Shown here in pieces: positions 29,361 to 41,228 of a stretch of 64,000 nucleotides of DNA; the first letter of the stretch is position 1, and every line of letters starts with the position of its first letter. Both the position numbers and the translations under genes were made by a program. The DNA is from an uncultured Chloroflexia bacterium (GTDB taxonomy: Bacteria; Chloroflexota; Dehalococcoidia; UBA2979), in assembly GCA_963728205.1 (NCBI GenBank), contig CAVSIV010000001.1, positions 1,184,001 to 1,248,000 of the forward strand, read 5' to 3'. A model generated the notes under the pieces. The model was not told where the DNA came from, did no database searches, and worked only from the letters and a program-made list of their open reading frames with translations.

Positions 29361-30850
29361 ATGTCCACCGCTTCTGCCCGCATCGGCGCCGCCGTCTGCC
29401 GGCGTCCTGCTGGCCGCTCTCGCCCTCGCCCAGGCGGCGAGTGCCGACACCGCGTCCACCCCGACCGGGACGCCGACCACGTCGCCCACCCCGAGCCTGA
29501 CCCCGTCCTCCTCGCCCTCGCCCGCGGGCACGGCGACCCCGACGACCAGCGCGACGACCACACCCAGCACGACGACAACCAGCGCGGCCCCCACGCCATC
29601 GGGCCTGACGACCTCGTCGACACCGACGGGCTCGCCCACGCCGGCCGGAGGCGTCCGCCTCTCGGCACCGGCCCTGAGCGGCTCGACCCCTCAGCGGGCG
29701 GAGGACGCCGCAGCCTTCATCGCAGCGACCCTCGCCGCCGGGGGCGACCACTACGTCTACCCCGGCACGACCTACGTCGACGGCGGCAACACGATCGACG
29801 CGATCCTCGCGCTCGACGGCGCCGGGGTCGGCCAGCGCGAGGCGACCGCAGCGACGGATACCTCGCTGCCCACCTCGGCGAGCTACATCGGCACGGGCGG
29901 CGAGAGGTATGCCGGCGCGACCGCCAAAGCGCTCCTCGCCTTCGTCGCCCAGGGGCGGGACCCGCACGACGTCGGCGGAACGGATCTCGTCAGCACCCTC
30001 GAGGGGCTCGAGACGGTCAGCGGTCGCTTCTCCGACGTCGTCCGGGTACGGGGACTACTCGAACACGATCGGGCAGTCGCTGGCGCTCATCGCTCTGACG
30101 CGGGCGGGCGGCACGGTGTCCAGCCGGGCCGTGACCTTCCTCCTCGCGCAGCAGTGCCCGGACGGCGGGTTCCGGGCGACCCGCTGCGCAGGTCTGCGTG
30201 AGCGATCCCGACGCGACGGCGTTCGCCGTCCAGGCGCTTCTCGCCGTCGGGACGGCGAACCCAGCCACGTCGTGCGCGGCGGCCTCGGGCCTGGACTTCC
30301 TCGTCGGGCCCGGCAGGGGGCGGACGGCGGCATCGCGAGCGCGCAGAGCGCGGAGAACGCCAACACGACCGGCGTGGCGGCCCAGGCGTTCGCCGCCGGC
30401 GGTCGGGCCGCCGCGCTCTCCTCGGCCCAGAGCTTCATCGCCGGACTCCAGTACGACTGCTCCTACCAGGCCGCCCTGCGCGGGGGGATCGCGTTCACCG
30501 CGGCCGACCGGACCGGGACCGGCGCCACCGCCCCCGCCGACCGTGACCTGCGGGCGACCCCGCAGGCCGCGCTCGGTCTGGCCGCCGGGACCCTCGCCTG
30601 GGTGTCCGGGACCGATAACCCCCCAGGGACCACCGCGATGGTCTGCCCGGTCCGGCACGACGAGCCGCCTCGACCTCCCCCGATGCGACGACCCGGCCGA
30701 CCACGGCACTCGAGCCGTCGCCCCGGTTCGCTCGCCTACACCGGTGCTCCGGTGCTCGGACAGGTCCTCCTCGGCCTCGGCCTGCTCGGCACGGGTGGCG
30801 CTCTTCTCGTCACCGGGTCGCTGGTGCGCCGCCGCGGAGCGCACGCATGA
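29361..30850 (+). CDS. secreted prenyltransferase-like (alpha/alpha barrel) surface protein with LAYTG sortase-like anchor; frameshifted
   Basis: Signal-like N-terminus, Thr/Pro/Ser linker, [37 protein letters not shown], then LAYTG plus TM plus RRR. Confidence 0.65.
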
Positions 30851-31644
30851 GCCGCCGCGGCGGTGCCGTGGCGCGGCCTGCTGGCCGGGTCGCTGCTCGC
30901 GGCCGCCCTGCCGGTGCTCGGTCCGACGGCTCCCGCCTCGGCCGCGGCCTGCACCGGGTCGACCGGGGTGACCGTCGTCGTCGACTCGTCGCATCGGAGT
31001 GCGCGCCCGGCGACCCGTCCAGCGGCCTCGACGCCCTCCACGCGACCGGCCACCGACGACGATGGTGGCCACCGCCCCCGGCGTTCCTGTGCCAGATCGA
31101 CGGGAAGCCGGCCTCCGACCCGTGCGTGCGCATCCCCCCAGCCAACGCCTACTGGAGCTTCTGGACGGCCAGGCGCGGCGGTCGGCTGGGTCTACACCGA
31201 CCTCGCCGTGACCGAGCCGACCTGGGCCCCCGGACCGTCGTCGGGTTCGCGTTCGGTGCGGGCGGCCCGCCGGCCGCCATCGCCCCGCCGGCCGCCGCGC
31301 CGACACCCAAGCCGAGCCCTCCAGGCGAGCACGCCGGCCGGCACGTCCCAGCGTGACGGCGACCCATCCGGCGACGAGCGACGCCCGGGCCGACCACGCG
31401 GCCGTCGAGCCCCGCCGCGGTGTCGAGCGCCGCCTCGTCGGCGACCCCGGCGACCGAGTCGGCGACGACGGTCGGCGCGAGCCCCACGGCCTCGAGCACC
31501 ACAGCCCCGCTCGACCGCACCCTGGCGGCGTCGGGCATCTCCCCGGTCGGCTCGTCCGGGCTGCTCCCGGTCGGCATCGGCATCGCGCTCCTCGCGGCGC
31601 TCGGCGCCGGGACGGCATACGCCATCCGCCGGCGCCGGGCCTGA
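30847..31644 (+). CDS. second surface protein of the B12 ECF operon (DUF4430/SCO2322-like); frameshifted
   Basis: ACTGSTGVTVVVD, FLCQIDGKPASDPC..PPANAYWSFW; C-terminal TM plus RRRR. Confidence 0.6.
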
Positions 31645-31656
31645 CGGAGCGCCGCG

Positions 31657-32826
31657 ATGCCCACCCTCCCCCGACACCTCCACCCCGGTGCGTGGTGGCT
31701 GTGGGCGCTCGGGATGGCGGTGGCGGGGGGCGCGACGCACCAACCCGCTCCTGCTGGGCCTCGTCCTCGCCGTCGCTCGGTCTCGTCGTCGCAAGCCGCC
31801 GCGGGGACTCCCCCTGGGCCCGGGCGTTCCGGCTCTACCTCCTGCTCGGGGCGGCGATCGTCGTCGTCTGCGTGTCGTCCTGCTACGTCCTCGTCGGGCT
31901 CAAGCTCGGCGAGCATCTCCTCGTCCGGCTGCCCGAGCCCGACCCTGCCGTCCTGGGCGGCCGGGATCACCCTCGTTCGGCCCCGTCTACCTCGAGGGAC
32001 TGCTCGGCGCCGCGCTCGAGGGCCTGCGGCTGGCGACGGTCATCGCCGCGCGTCGGCGCCGCGAACGCCCTGGCCAACCCCAAGCGACTGCTCCGCGCGA
32101 TGCCCGGCGCGCTCGCCGAGATCGGCACCGCGCGTCGTCGTGTCGGTGACCGTCGCGCCCCAGCTCGCCGAGAGCGTCCAGCGGGTGCTGCGTGCCCGCA
32201 GCGCTGCGCGGCCAGGCCGGCCGCGGGCTGCGGGCCGTTCGCCAGGTCGCGCTCCCCGTCCTCCAGGACACCCTCGACCGCTCGCTCCTGCTCGCCGCGT
32301 CGATGGACGCCCGCGGGCTACGGCCGCCGGGCCACCCGGCTCCCCGGCCGCCCACGCGCTGGCCTCGACGCCTCGCCCTCGGCGGCCTGCTCGGCGCGGC
32401 GGTCGGGATCTACGGGGTGCTCGACGCGAGGGCCCCGGCCCTGCTCGGGCTGCCGCTGCTCGCCGGCGGCCTCATCGCCGCCGTGGTCGGGCGCCTGGCA
32501 GGGCGGCCGCGCGGTCGTGCGGAGCACCTACCGCCCCGACCCCTGGGCGGCACCCGGAGTGGCTCACCGCCGCGTGCGGCATCGCTCGCGGCCGGCGCGG
32601 TGCTCGTCGTCCGCGCACCTCGACCCCGCCGCGATGGCGATGCCGCTCGCAGCCGCTCGCGCTGCCGGTCCTGCCCTGGCTGCCGGTCGCGGGGCTCCTC
32701 CTCGCCGCCCTTCCCGCGGTCGCTGACCCCGGCCGCCGACCTCGGCCCGCGCCTCGCGGGCCGCCGGGGGACCCGCCGGAGCCCGGCTGCCCGCCGGTAC
32801 CGAGCGGCAGGTGGGCCATGCGCTGA
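31657..32826 (+). CDS. ECF transporter T component (CbiQ-like); frameshifted
   Basis: LHPGAWWLWALG, ANALANPKRLL and LDRSLLLAASMDARG. Confidence 0.8.
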   Translation: MPTLPRHLHPGAWWLWALGMAVAGGATHQPAPAGPRPRRRSVSSSQAAAGTPPGPGRSGSTSCSGRRSSSSACRPATSSSGSSSASISSSGCPSPTLPSWAAGITLVRPRLPRGTARRRARGPAAGDGHRRASAPRTPWPTPSDCSARCPARSPRSAPRVVVSVTVAPQLAESVQRVLRARSAARPGRPRAAGRSPGRAPRPPGHPRPLAPARRVDGRPRATAAGPPGSPAAHALASTPRPRRPARRGGRDLRGARREGPGPARAAAARRRPHRRRGRAPGRAAARSCGAPTAPTPGRHPEWLTAACGIARGRRGARRPRTSTPPRWRCRSQPLALPVLPWLPVAGLLLAALPAVADPGRRPRPAPRGPPGDPPEPGCPPVPSGRWAMR

Positions 32827-34513
32827 CCCCGCCGTCGTCATCGAGGGCGCGACCGTGACGTATGCCGGGTCCGCCCGCCCGGCGCTGCGCGACGTCGACC
32901 TCGAGGTCGACGAGGGCGAGCTCGCGCTCGTCGTCGGTCGGACCGGCTCGGGTAAGTCGACCCTGCTCGGGCTGCGTCAACGGCGCGGTGCCGCACTTCA
33001 CCGGCGGCCGGCTCGCACGGACGGGTCCGCGGTCCTCGGCCGGGACACCGCGACCCACCGCCCCCGGGACCTGGCCGGCGCTCGTCGGCGTCGTCGGCCA
33101 GGACCCACTCGCCGGGTTCGTCACCGACACCGTCGAGGAGGAGCTCGCCTACGGCATGGAGCAGCTGGCCTGCCGCCGGCGACGTCATGCGCAAGCGGGT
33201 CGAGGAGACCCTCGACCTGCTCGGCATCGCCGAGCTGCGGGACGCCCCGCTGCGGGAGCTGTCCGGCGGCCAGCAGCAGCGCGTGGCCATCGGCTCGGTG
33301 CTGACCGCCCACCCGCAGGTCCTCGTCCTCGACGAGCCGACCTCCGCCCTCGACCCGACCGGGGCCGAGGAGGTCCTCGCGGCCGTCACCCGGCTCGTCC
33401 ACGACCTCGGCGTGACCGTCGTCGTCGCCGAGCACCGCATCGAGCGGGTCATCCAGTACGCCGACCTCGTCGTCCACGTCGGTCCCGACGGCGTCGTGCC
33501 GGCGGTGCGCCCGCCGACATGATGGCGACCTCGACCGTCGCGCCGCCGGTCGTCGAGCTCGGCCGGTGGGCGGGCTGGTCGCCGCTCCCGCTGTCGGTGC
33601 GGGATGCCCGCCGGGCCGCCCACGCCCTGCGCCGGCGAGCCGCCACGGCCGCGGGCCGGGCCCGGCCCCACCGACCCGTCGTCGCCGGTCCGGGCCTCCG
33701 CCGGCAGGTCGGTGCGCCACGCCTGGGGCGACACGTGGGCCGTCTCGGCCCGGCGATCGTCGTCGCGCTGAGACGCCGCGGTCGCCGGCGTCGACCTGAG
33801 CTGGCCCGGCGAGATCACCGCCCTCATGGGCCGCAACGGCTCCGGCAAGTCGTCGCTGCTGTGGGCGCTCCAGGGATCCGGACGCCGACAGGCCGGGAGG
33901 TCCGGGTCGACCGACGCAGCGGCTCAGGCCCGGTCGACCCCCGCGACATCGCCCCCGCCGGAGCGACGTCGCCGCCGTCGGCCTCGTGCCGCAGACCCCG
34001 GGCGACCTGCTCTACCTCGAGTCGGTCGCCCACGAGTGCGCCCAGGCCGACCACGAGAGCGGCGCCGCGCCCGGCACCTGCGCGGGACTCCTCGACGGCC
34101 ATCGCCCCCGGCATACCCGACGGGTCGCACCCCGCCGACCTGTCCGAGGGCCAGCGACTCGCCCTCGTCCTCGCGGTCCAGCTCACCGCCGACCCGCCGG
34201 TCGTCCTCCTCGACGAGCCGACCCGCGGCCTCGACTACGACGCCAAGCGCGCGCTGGCGGCCGTGCTGCGCGAGCTGGCCAGCCAGGGCCGGAGCGTCTC
34301 GCCTCGACCCACGACGTCGAGTTCGTCGCCGGACGGTGGCCGACCGGGTCGTCGTCCTGGCCGGCGGCGAGGTCGTCGCCGACGGACCCGACCGCTGACG
34401 TCGTGCGATCCTCGCCCGCCTTCGCACCCCAGGTCGCCAAGATCACCGCGCCCGAGCCCTGGCTGACCGTCGCCGACGTCGTCGCCGCGCTCCCGGGCGG
34501 GGTGCCGCGATGA
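32818..34513 (+). CDS. ECF transporter tandem ATPase; frameshifted
   Basis: GRTGSGKST, LSGGQQQR, LDEPTS; second half GRNGSGKSS, LSEGQR, LDEPTRGLD. Confidence 0.85.
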
Positions 34514-35412
34514 CGACCGCCACGCGGCCCGTGGGACCGGCCGCCGACCCGCCGCGATCTGCTCCGACCCCGGTCGGCGCTGGCGGTCGCGCTCGTCTCG
34601 GTCGCCGGCGTGGCCGCGTTCGGCTGGCCGCTGCTCGTCGCCACCCGGCTCGGCGCTGGCCCAGGGCGGCCACGGCTCCGCTGGTCTTCGCCTCTGCTCC
34701 CCCTTCTGCTCGCCATCGTCCTCGTCGAGGTCTCCGACGGCGGGCTCGACGTCAAGGCCGTCGCCCTGCTCGGGGTGCTCTCGGCCGTCGGTGCCGCCCT
34801 GCGTCCGCTCGGGGCCGGCACCGCGGGCCTGGAGACCGTCTTCTTCCTCCTCGTCCTCGCCGGCCGGGTGTTCGGCGCCGGCTTCGGGTTCGTCCTCGGG
34901 GCGACCACCCTGTTCGGCTCGGCCCTGCTCACCGGCGGCGTCGGGCCGTGGCTGCCCTACCAGATGCTCGGGGCCGCCTGGGTCGGGCTGGGTGCGGGCC
35001 TGCTTCCGCGAGCCCGGGGCAGGCGGAGATCGCGCTGCTCGCGGGCTACGGGGTGGTCGCCGGGCTCGGCTACGGCGTCGCCCTCGACTTCGCCTTCTGG
35101 CCGTTCACGACGGGGGCGGGGACGCAGCTGTCCTTCGTGCCCGGAGGTCCGGCGGCGGCGAACCTGCACCGGTTCGTCGTGTATGCCGCCAGCACCTCGC
35201 TCGGCTGGGACATCGGCCGGGCGGTCACGAACGCCGTTCTCATCGTCCTCACCGGCCGCGCCGTTCTCGGAACGCTGCGCCGTGCCGCCCGCCGGGCAGC
35301 CTTCGCCGGGACCGAGCAGTCGGACACGGGCCTGTGCCAAGATCAGCACCACGGCAGCCTGGCCCGGCCGGGGACCCGTCGGCGCCGAGCCGCGACACGG
35401 GAGCGAGCATGA
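34510..35412 (+). CDS. ECF transporter S component; frameshifted
   Basis: ALLGVLSA, GRVFGAGFGF, GGVGPWLPYQM and SLGWDIGRA. Confidence 0.8.
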   Translation: MTTATRPVGPAADPPRSAPTPVGAGGRARLGRRRGRVRLAAARRHPARRWPRAATAPLVFASAPPSARHRPRRGLRRRARRQGRRPARGALGRRCRPASARGRHRGPGDRLLPPRPRRPGVRRRLRVRPRGDHPVRLGPAHRRRRAVAALPDARGRLGRAGCGPASASPGQAEIALLAGYGVVAGLGYGVALDFAFWPFTTGAGTQLSFVPGGPAAANLHRFVVYAASTSLGWDIGRAVTNAVLIVLTGRAVLGTLRRAARRAAFAGTEQSDTGLCQDQHHGSLARPGTRRRRAATRERA

Positions 35413-35948
35413 GCACCACCGACCTGGACCGCCGCGAGGGGTGGCTGAGCCGCGAGGAGCTCGAGGCGGCCCGGGGGCAGCTGCCCATCCTCTATGTCGA
35501 CGCCGTCCCCGTCCGCGTCGGCGCCGACGGAGCGATCACCGCCGTGGGGCTGCTGCTGCGGGTGACCGGCCACGGGACGATCCACCGCGAGCTCGTCTCC
35601 GGCCGGGTCATGTACCACGAACGGGTCCGGGACGCCCTGCTGCGGCACCTCGAGAAGGACCTCGGCCCGGTCGCCCTCCCCCAGATCCCCCCGACGCCGC
35701 AGCCGTTCACCGTGGCCGAGTACTTCCCCACCCCGGGGATCACCCCGTTCCACGACCCGCGCCAGCATGCGGTGTCCCTCGCCTTCATCGTCCCGGTGGC
35801 CGGCGACTGTGCGCCCCAGCAGGACGCCCTTGAGTTCACCTGGTTCGCGCCGACCGACGCGCTGGACCCCGTGCTGCTCGCCGAGATGACCGGCGGCCAC
35901 GGGGTACTGCTCCGCCAGGCCCTGGCCCACGCCGGCGTCGCCATCTAG
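35409..35948 (+). CDS. DUF4916/NUDIX-like protein
   Basis: LPILYVDAVPVR, SGRVMYHE, PFTVAEYFP and DPRQHAVSL. Confidence 0.8.
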   Translation: MSTTDLDRREGWLSREELEAARGQLPILYVDAVPVRVGADGAITAVGLLLRVTGHGTIHRELVSGRVMYHERVRDALLRHLEKDLGPVALPQIPPTPQPFTVAEYFPTPGITPFHDPRQHAVSLAFIVPVAGDCAPQQDALEFTWFAPTDALDPVLLAEMTGGHGVLLRQALAHAGVAI

Positions 35949-35973
35949 ACCAGCCCGAGGAAGGGGCACCACG

Positions 35974-36873
35974 GTGGCCACACCCGAGGACCTCGCCGTC
36001 CCCGTCGTCGGAGGGACCCTGGCGGTCTGCCGATGGCCCGGCTCGCCCGACGCCCCCACCGTCCTTGCCGCGCACGGCATCACCGCCAACGGGATGTCCT
36101 TCGCCAAGGTCGCCGAGGCGCTCGATGGGCGGGTCACCCTCCTCGCCCCCGACCTGCGCGGCCGGGCCAGGAGCGCGGGGCTGCCCGGGCCCTACGGTCT
36201 CGCCGCCCATGCCGACGACCTCGTCGCCGTTCTCGACCACCTCGGCCTCGACCGAGCCGTCGTTGCCGGGCACTCGATGGGCGGGTTCGTCGCGGCGGTC
36301 GCCGCCGTCCGGCACCCTGAGCGAGTCGCCGGGGTGCTGCTCATCGACGGCGGCGTGGCTCTGCGGGTGCCCGAAGGGGCCGACATCGACGCGATCCTTG
36401 AGGCCGTCATCGGCCCCGCGATGACGAGGTTGTCGATGACCTTCGAGAGCAGACAGGCCTACCTCGGGTTCTTCCGGGGACATCCCGCGCTCGCCGAGCA
36501 CTGGTCGTCCGCCGTGGAGGACTACGTCCTGCGGGACGTCACCGGCGAACCCCCGGCGCTGCGGTCCTCGTGCGCGATCGACGCCATCCGCCGGGACGCT
36601 ACGGACACCCTTCTCGACGAGGACACGGTGACCGCGGTGCACCGGATGTCCTGTCCGGCGACCCTCGTCTGGGCCGGCCACGGCCTCCTCAACGAGCCGC
36701 AGGGCCTCTACGACGACGCCCTGCTCGATGGGGTCGGGCTGGACCGGCAGCGCGTCACCGTCGACTCACTCCCCGACCTCAACCACTACACGATCGTCCT
36801 CGCCGACGAGGGCGCCTCGGCGATCGCGCGCCACATCGAGCGGCTCGTCGACCCCACCCTCATCCGCGGCTGA
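35974..36873 (+). CDS. alpha/beta hydrolase
   Basis: HGITAN, APDLRGR, GHSMGG nucleophile elbow and NHYTI. Confidence 0.9.
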   Translation: MATPEDLAVPVVGGTLAVCRWPGSPDAPTVLAAHGITANGMSFAKVAEALDGRVTLLAPDLRGRARSAGLPGPYGLAAHADDLVAVLDHLGLDRAVVAGHSMGGFVAAVAAVRHPERVAGVLLIDGGVALRVPEGADIDAILEAVIGPAMTRLSMTFESRQAYLGFFRGHPALAEHWSSAVEDYVLRDVTGEPPALRSSCAIDAIRRDATDTLLDEDTVTAVHRMSCPATLVWAGHGLLNEPQGLYDDALLDGVGLDRQRVTVDSLPDLNHYTIVLADEGASAIARHIERLVDPTLIRG

Positions 36874-36895
36874 CCGCTGGGCGCGTTGCGAGAGC

Positions 36896-37649
36896 TCAGC
36901 CGGTGAACTCGTCCCGGGTGCGCGGGCGGTCGTGGTCCTCGCGCGCCCGCGCCTCCTCCGGCGTCGGCGCGGTGCCGCCCAGCCGGGCCGGGAGGAACCC
37001 GAGGTCCTCCCCGGCCAGCGGCGGGTAGGCCGCCTGCTGGGCGTGGAGCTGGTCGACCATCCGCTGCCGGAGCACTTCGGTGACCTCGTCGAGGTCGTCC
37101 CCCCGCTGCGATCTCGATCGGGGACCCGACGGTGATGTGGATGGGGATGCGGATGCGGCCCAGCTGCTTGGGGTGGTCCTTCGTCCACACCCGCTGCGAC
37201 CCCCAGATCGTCGTCGGCAGGATGGGCACGGACGCGAGCTTGGCCATCCGGACCGTTCCGGACTTGAACTCCTTGAGCTCGAAGGACCGCGAGATCGTCG
37301 CCTCGGGGAACACCCCGACGATCTCGCCCGCCCGCAGCGCGTCGACGGCCGCCCGGAACGACGCGGCCCCGGCTTGCCGGTCGACCGGGATGTGCTTCAT
37401 CCCGCGCATGAGCGGACCGGCATACCGGTGGCCGAAGATGCTCTCCTTGGCCATGAACCGCACGTACCGGCGCGAGCGACGAGCCACGAGGCCGGCGTAG
37501 GTGAAGTCCATGTACCCCGTGTGGTTGATGGCCATGACGGCGCCACCGGTCCGGGGGACGTTCTCCTCGCCGAGCATGGTGAACTGCAGCCCCTCGGCGA
37601 AGAAGAGCATCCTGGCGACCCCGATGACCGGTCGGTAGACGGGCTCCAT
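36896..37649 (-). CDS. lysophospholipid acyltransferase (PlsC-like); frameshift near 37105
   Basis: NHTGYMD (HX4D), FMAKES and VFPEATIS. Confidence 0.85.
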
Positions 37650-37747
37650 GGAGCCAAACCCTACGCTGCCCGTAGGTTGGCTTGACGAGCGCCCCCGGGG
37701 TGAAACCGATGCTCGGTCGTCCCCGCAGATCTGCGAGGATTCTCCGC

Positions 37748-40387
37748 ATGACCGAACACCTCGCTCCATCCCGCGCTGCCTCCATCCCGGACCGGCCGTC
37801 CCTCGACGGCCTGGAGGAGAAGTGGGGCGCGGTATGGAGCGAGCAGGCGACCTACGCCTTCGACCGCGACGCGGCCCTGGCCGGCCCGCGGGAGGCCGTG
37901 TTCTCGATCGACACCCCGCCGCCGACGGCCAGCGGGTCGCTCCACATGGGGCACGTCTTCTCCTACACGCACACGGACTGCATGGCCCGGTACAAGCGGA
38001 TGGCGGGGTTCAACGTCTTCTACCCCATCGGCTGGGACGACAACGGCCTGCCCACCGAGAAGCGGGTCCAGAACTTCTACGGAGTCCGCGGCGACGCGAC
38101 GCTGCACTACGACCCTGCGTTCGTGCCGCCGCACCAGGGCGACGCGACGAGCCTCAAGGCCGCCGACCAGCTGCCGATCAGCCGCCAGAACTTCATCGAG
38201 CTGTGCGACGAGCTCACCGTCAAGGACGAGGAGGCCTTCGAGTCCCTCTTCCGGCGGATGGGCTTCAGCCTGGACTGGTCGATCTCGTACCGGACGATCG
38301 ACGACCACTCCCGGGCCACCTCGCAGCAGGCGTTCCTGCGCAACCTCGCCCGCGGCGAGGCGTACCAGGCCGAGGCTCCGGGACTGTGGGACGTGACTTT
38401 CCAGACCGCCGTGGCCCAGGCCGAGCTCGAGGCCCGCGACTACCCCGGCCACTACCACCGGGTCGCCTTCCACGGTGCCGACGGCAGCCGGTCCACATCG
38501 AGACGACCCGCCCCGAGCTCATCCCGAGCTGCGTGGCCCTCATCGCCCACCCGGACGACGAGCGCTACCAGCCGCTCTTCGGGACGACGGTGTCGACGCC
38601 GCTGTTCGGCGTCGAGGTGCCCGTCGTCGCCCACCCGGCGGCCGAGATGGACAAGGGCGCGGGCATCGCCATGTGCTGCACCTTCGGGGACCTCACCGAC
38701 GTCCTGTGGTGGCGCGAGCTGCAGCTGCCCGACCCGGTCGGTCATCACCCGCGCCGGACGCCTGCAGCAGGAGGTGCCGGGTGGCTGGCCGGACGGCCGG
38801 CGAGGGCCTGTATGCCGCGGAGCTGGCCGGGAAGACCCCGTTCACGCGCCCGCGAGGCGGTCGTCGCGGCCCTGCGCGAGAGCGGCGACCTCGACGGCGA
38901 GCCGACGCCGACCCAGCGCAAGGCGAACTTCTACGAGCGGGGCGAGCAAGCCCCTCGAGATCGTCACCTCGCGGCAGTGGTACATCCGCAACGGCGGGCG
39001 CGAGGTCGACCTCAACGCCACGCTCGTCGGCCGGGGCGAGGAGATCGACTTCCACCCACCGTTCATGCGGTCCCGCTACGCCAACTGGGTCGCGCGGCCT
39101 CAACGGTGACTGGCTCGTCTCGCGGCAGCGCTTCTTCGGGGTCGCGATCCCCGTGTGGTACCCGCTCGACGCCGACGGTGAGCCGGACTACGACCACCCG
39201 ATCGTCCCCGCCGAGTCGGACCTCCCCGTCGACCCCGTCGCCGAGGCGCCGCACGGCTACGACGAGTCCCAGCGCGGCGCCCCGGCGGCTTCATCGGCGA
39301 CCCTGACGTCCTCGACACGTGGGCGACGTCGTCGCTCAGCCCGCAGATCGCCTCCGGCTGGCGCTCGGGGGCCGACGCCCAGCCCGACCCGGTCTTCGCC
39401 AAGGTCTTCCCGATGGACATGCGCCCGCAGGCGCACGACATCATCCGGACCTGGCTCTTCGCGACGGTGGTGCGCGCCTTCTTGGAGCACGGCGCCGCAC
39501 CGTGGACGAACGCGGCGATCAGCGGCTGGATCCTCGACCCCGACCGCAAGAAGATGAGCAAGTCCAAGGGCAACGTCGTCACCCCCGAGGACGTCGTCAA
39601 GGAGCACAGCGCCGACGCGGTGCGCTACTGGGCGGCGAGCGGTCGGCTGGGGACGGACGCGGCATACGACATCGGGCAGATGAAGGTGGGCCGGCGGCTG
39701 GCCATCAAGATCCTCAACGCGAGCAAGTTCGCCCTGTCCTTCGGTGCGGTCGACGGCGACCTCGCCGCAGCGGTGACCGAACCGCTCGACAGGTCGCTGC
39801 TCGCCGGGCTCGCCGACGTCGTCGACCAGGCGACCGAGGGGTTCGAGGCGTGGGACTACACCCGCAGCCTCGAGGTGACCGAGACCTACTTCTGGACGTT
39901 CTGCGACGACTACCTCGAGCTCGTCAAGGACCGGGCCTATGGCGCCCGCGGCGAGGCCGAGGCTGCCAGCGCCCGGGCCACCCTGCGCATCGCCCTCGGC
40001 GTCCTGCTGCGCCTCCTGGCACCGTTCCTCCCCTACGTCACCGAGGAGGTCTGGTCGTGGTGGCACGACGGCTCGGTCCACCGGACGACATGGCCGACCC
40101 GCACCGAGCTCGACGCCGGCCGCGACGGCGACCCGGAGCTGCTCGTCGCGGTCGGTGAGGCCCTGGCGTCGATCCGCAAGGCGAAGTCCGAGGCCAAGCT
40201 CGGGATGCGCGCCGAGGTGGCCCGGATCACCGTCATGGGTCCGATGCGAGCGCTCGACGATGTCCGCGCCGCCGAGGCCGACCTGCGGGCCGCGGGCCGG
40301 ATCATCGGCCCGGTGACGTACACCGAGGCCGACGCCATCGGCTCGGATGACGTCGAGCTCATCCCGGTCGCCAAGCCGAGCGCCTGA
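37748..40387 (+). CDS. valS: valyl-tRNA synthetase (several frameshifts)
   Basis: [44 protein letters not shown] and KMSKS. Confidence 0.95.
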
Positions 40388-40443
40388 CGGACCGCCGGGT
40401 CCGATGGTGACCTGACACTCGATGCCAGGGGCCGGCCGGCCGA

Positions 40444-41145
40444 CTAGGTCGGTGCGGACGCGCGGGAGGGGCGGGCGATGACCCGTGCCCACGCCGACAG
40501 GGCCCCGTGTCGGACCGGCTCGAGGCCGACGGGCTGGACGATCAACCAGGGCGCGTCCCAACCGCCGAGGTGCAGTCGGCGCTCGACGAGGGCGTTCCGG
40601 CGCAGGTGCGTGACAACGCCGTCGGCAGGGTCGTAGACGCAGAGTGTGCGCTCCCCCTCACCCGGCAGCACGAGCGTGACATGGCGCGGGAGGCGGGAGT
40701 CGCCGACGTAGAGCAGCGCCGGGCTGCCCTCCGCGACGACGAGGCTGAGCCGATCGTAGGCAGCGCCCAGGGCTTCGACGTCACCGGGCCGGGCCACGGC
40801 GATCTCGTAGCGGGTGCCGCCTCTGGACGCTCCTCGCTCGAGCTCGCGCTTGGCACCCCACGGCGCGGTGCCGAGCCGCCGTGGCCACGGGAGGTTGAGG
40901 TGGCCACCCGATGTCAGGACACCGTTGGTGCGGCGCAGCACGAGATGCTCGTATGCGGCGAACCGCTCCTCCGCGGTCGACGCGGTCGGGGCCCCCGGAG
41001 GGTGCGGGCGTCCGGTCACCATCCACGACGCGAAGACCGGGTCGGCAGTCATCCGGGCCACGGTGAGGCAGGCGGCACCGCAGCTGGTCGGGGTGCGCTG
41101 GATCGGGCCCGTGTCACCGACCCGGAGCCGGTAGGGGGTCAGCAC
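40444..41145 (-). CDS. hypothetical protein, papain/C39-like peptidase fold candidate
   Basis: Q..PTSCGAACL, PRHVTLV and VYDPA give a Cys-His-Asp arrangement. Confidence 0.55.
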   Translation of the reverse strand: MLTPYRLRVGDTGPIQRTPTSCGAACLTVARMTADPVFASWMVTGRPHPPGAPTASTAEERFAAYEHLVLRRTNGVLTSGGHLNLPWPRRLGTAPWGAKRELERGASRGGTRYEIAVARPGDVEALGAAYDRLSLVVAEGSPALLYVGDSRLPRHVTLVLPGEGERTLCVYDPADGVVTHLRRNALVERRLHLGGWDAPWLIVQPVGLEPVRHGALSAWARVIARPSRASAPT

Positions 41146-41228
41146 CGTCTCATCGTGTCACGCGCTGGACCCCGGACCGCAGGCATCCTCGCCACCGATG
41201 ACCATCGCATCGGAACCGAGCCCCAGCG

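Noticed and set aside
23990-40387. Programmed frameshifting or pseudogenes in folC, ileS and valS
   Set aside because: Indels are numerous and scattered in essential genes, so sequencing error is more parsimonious.
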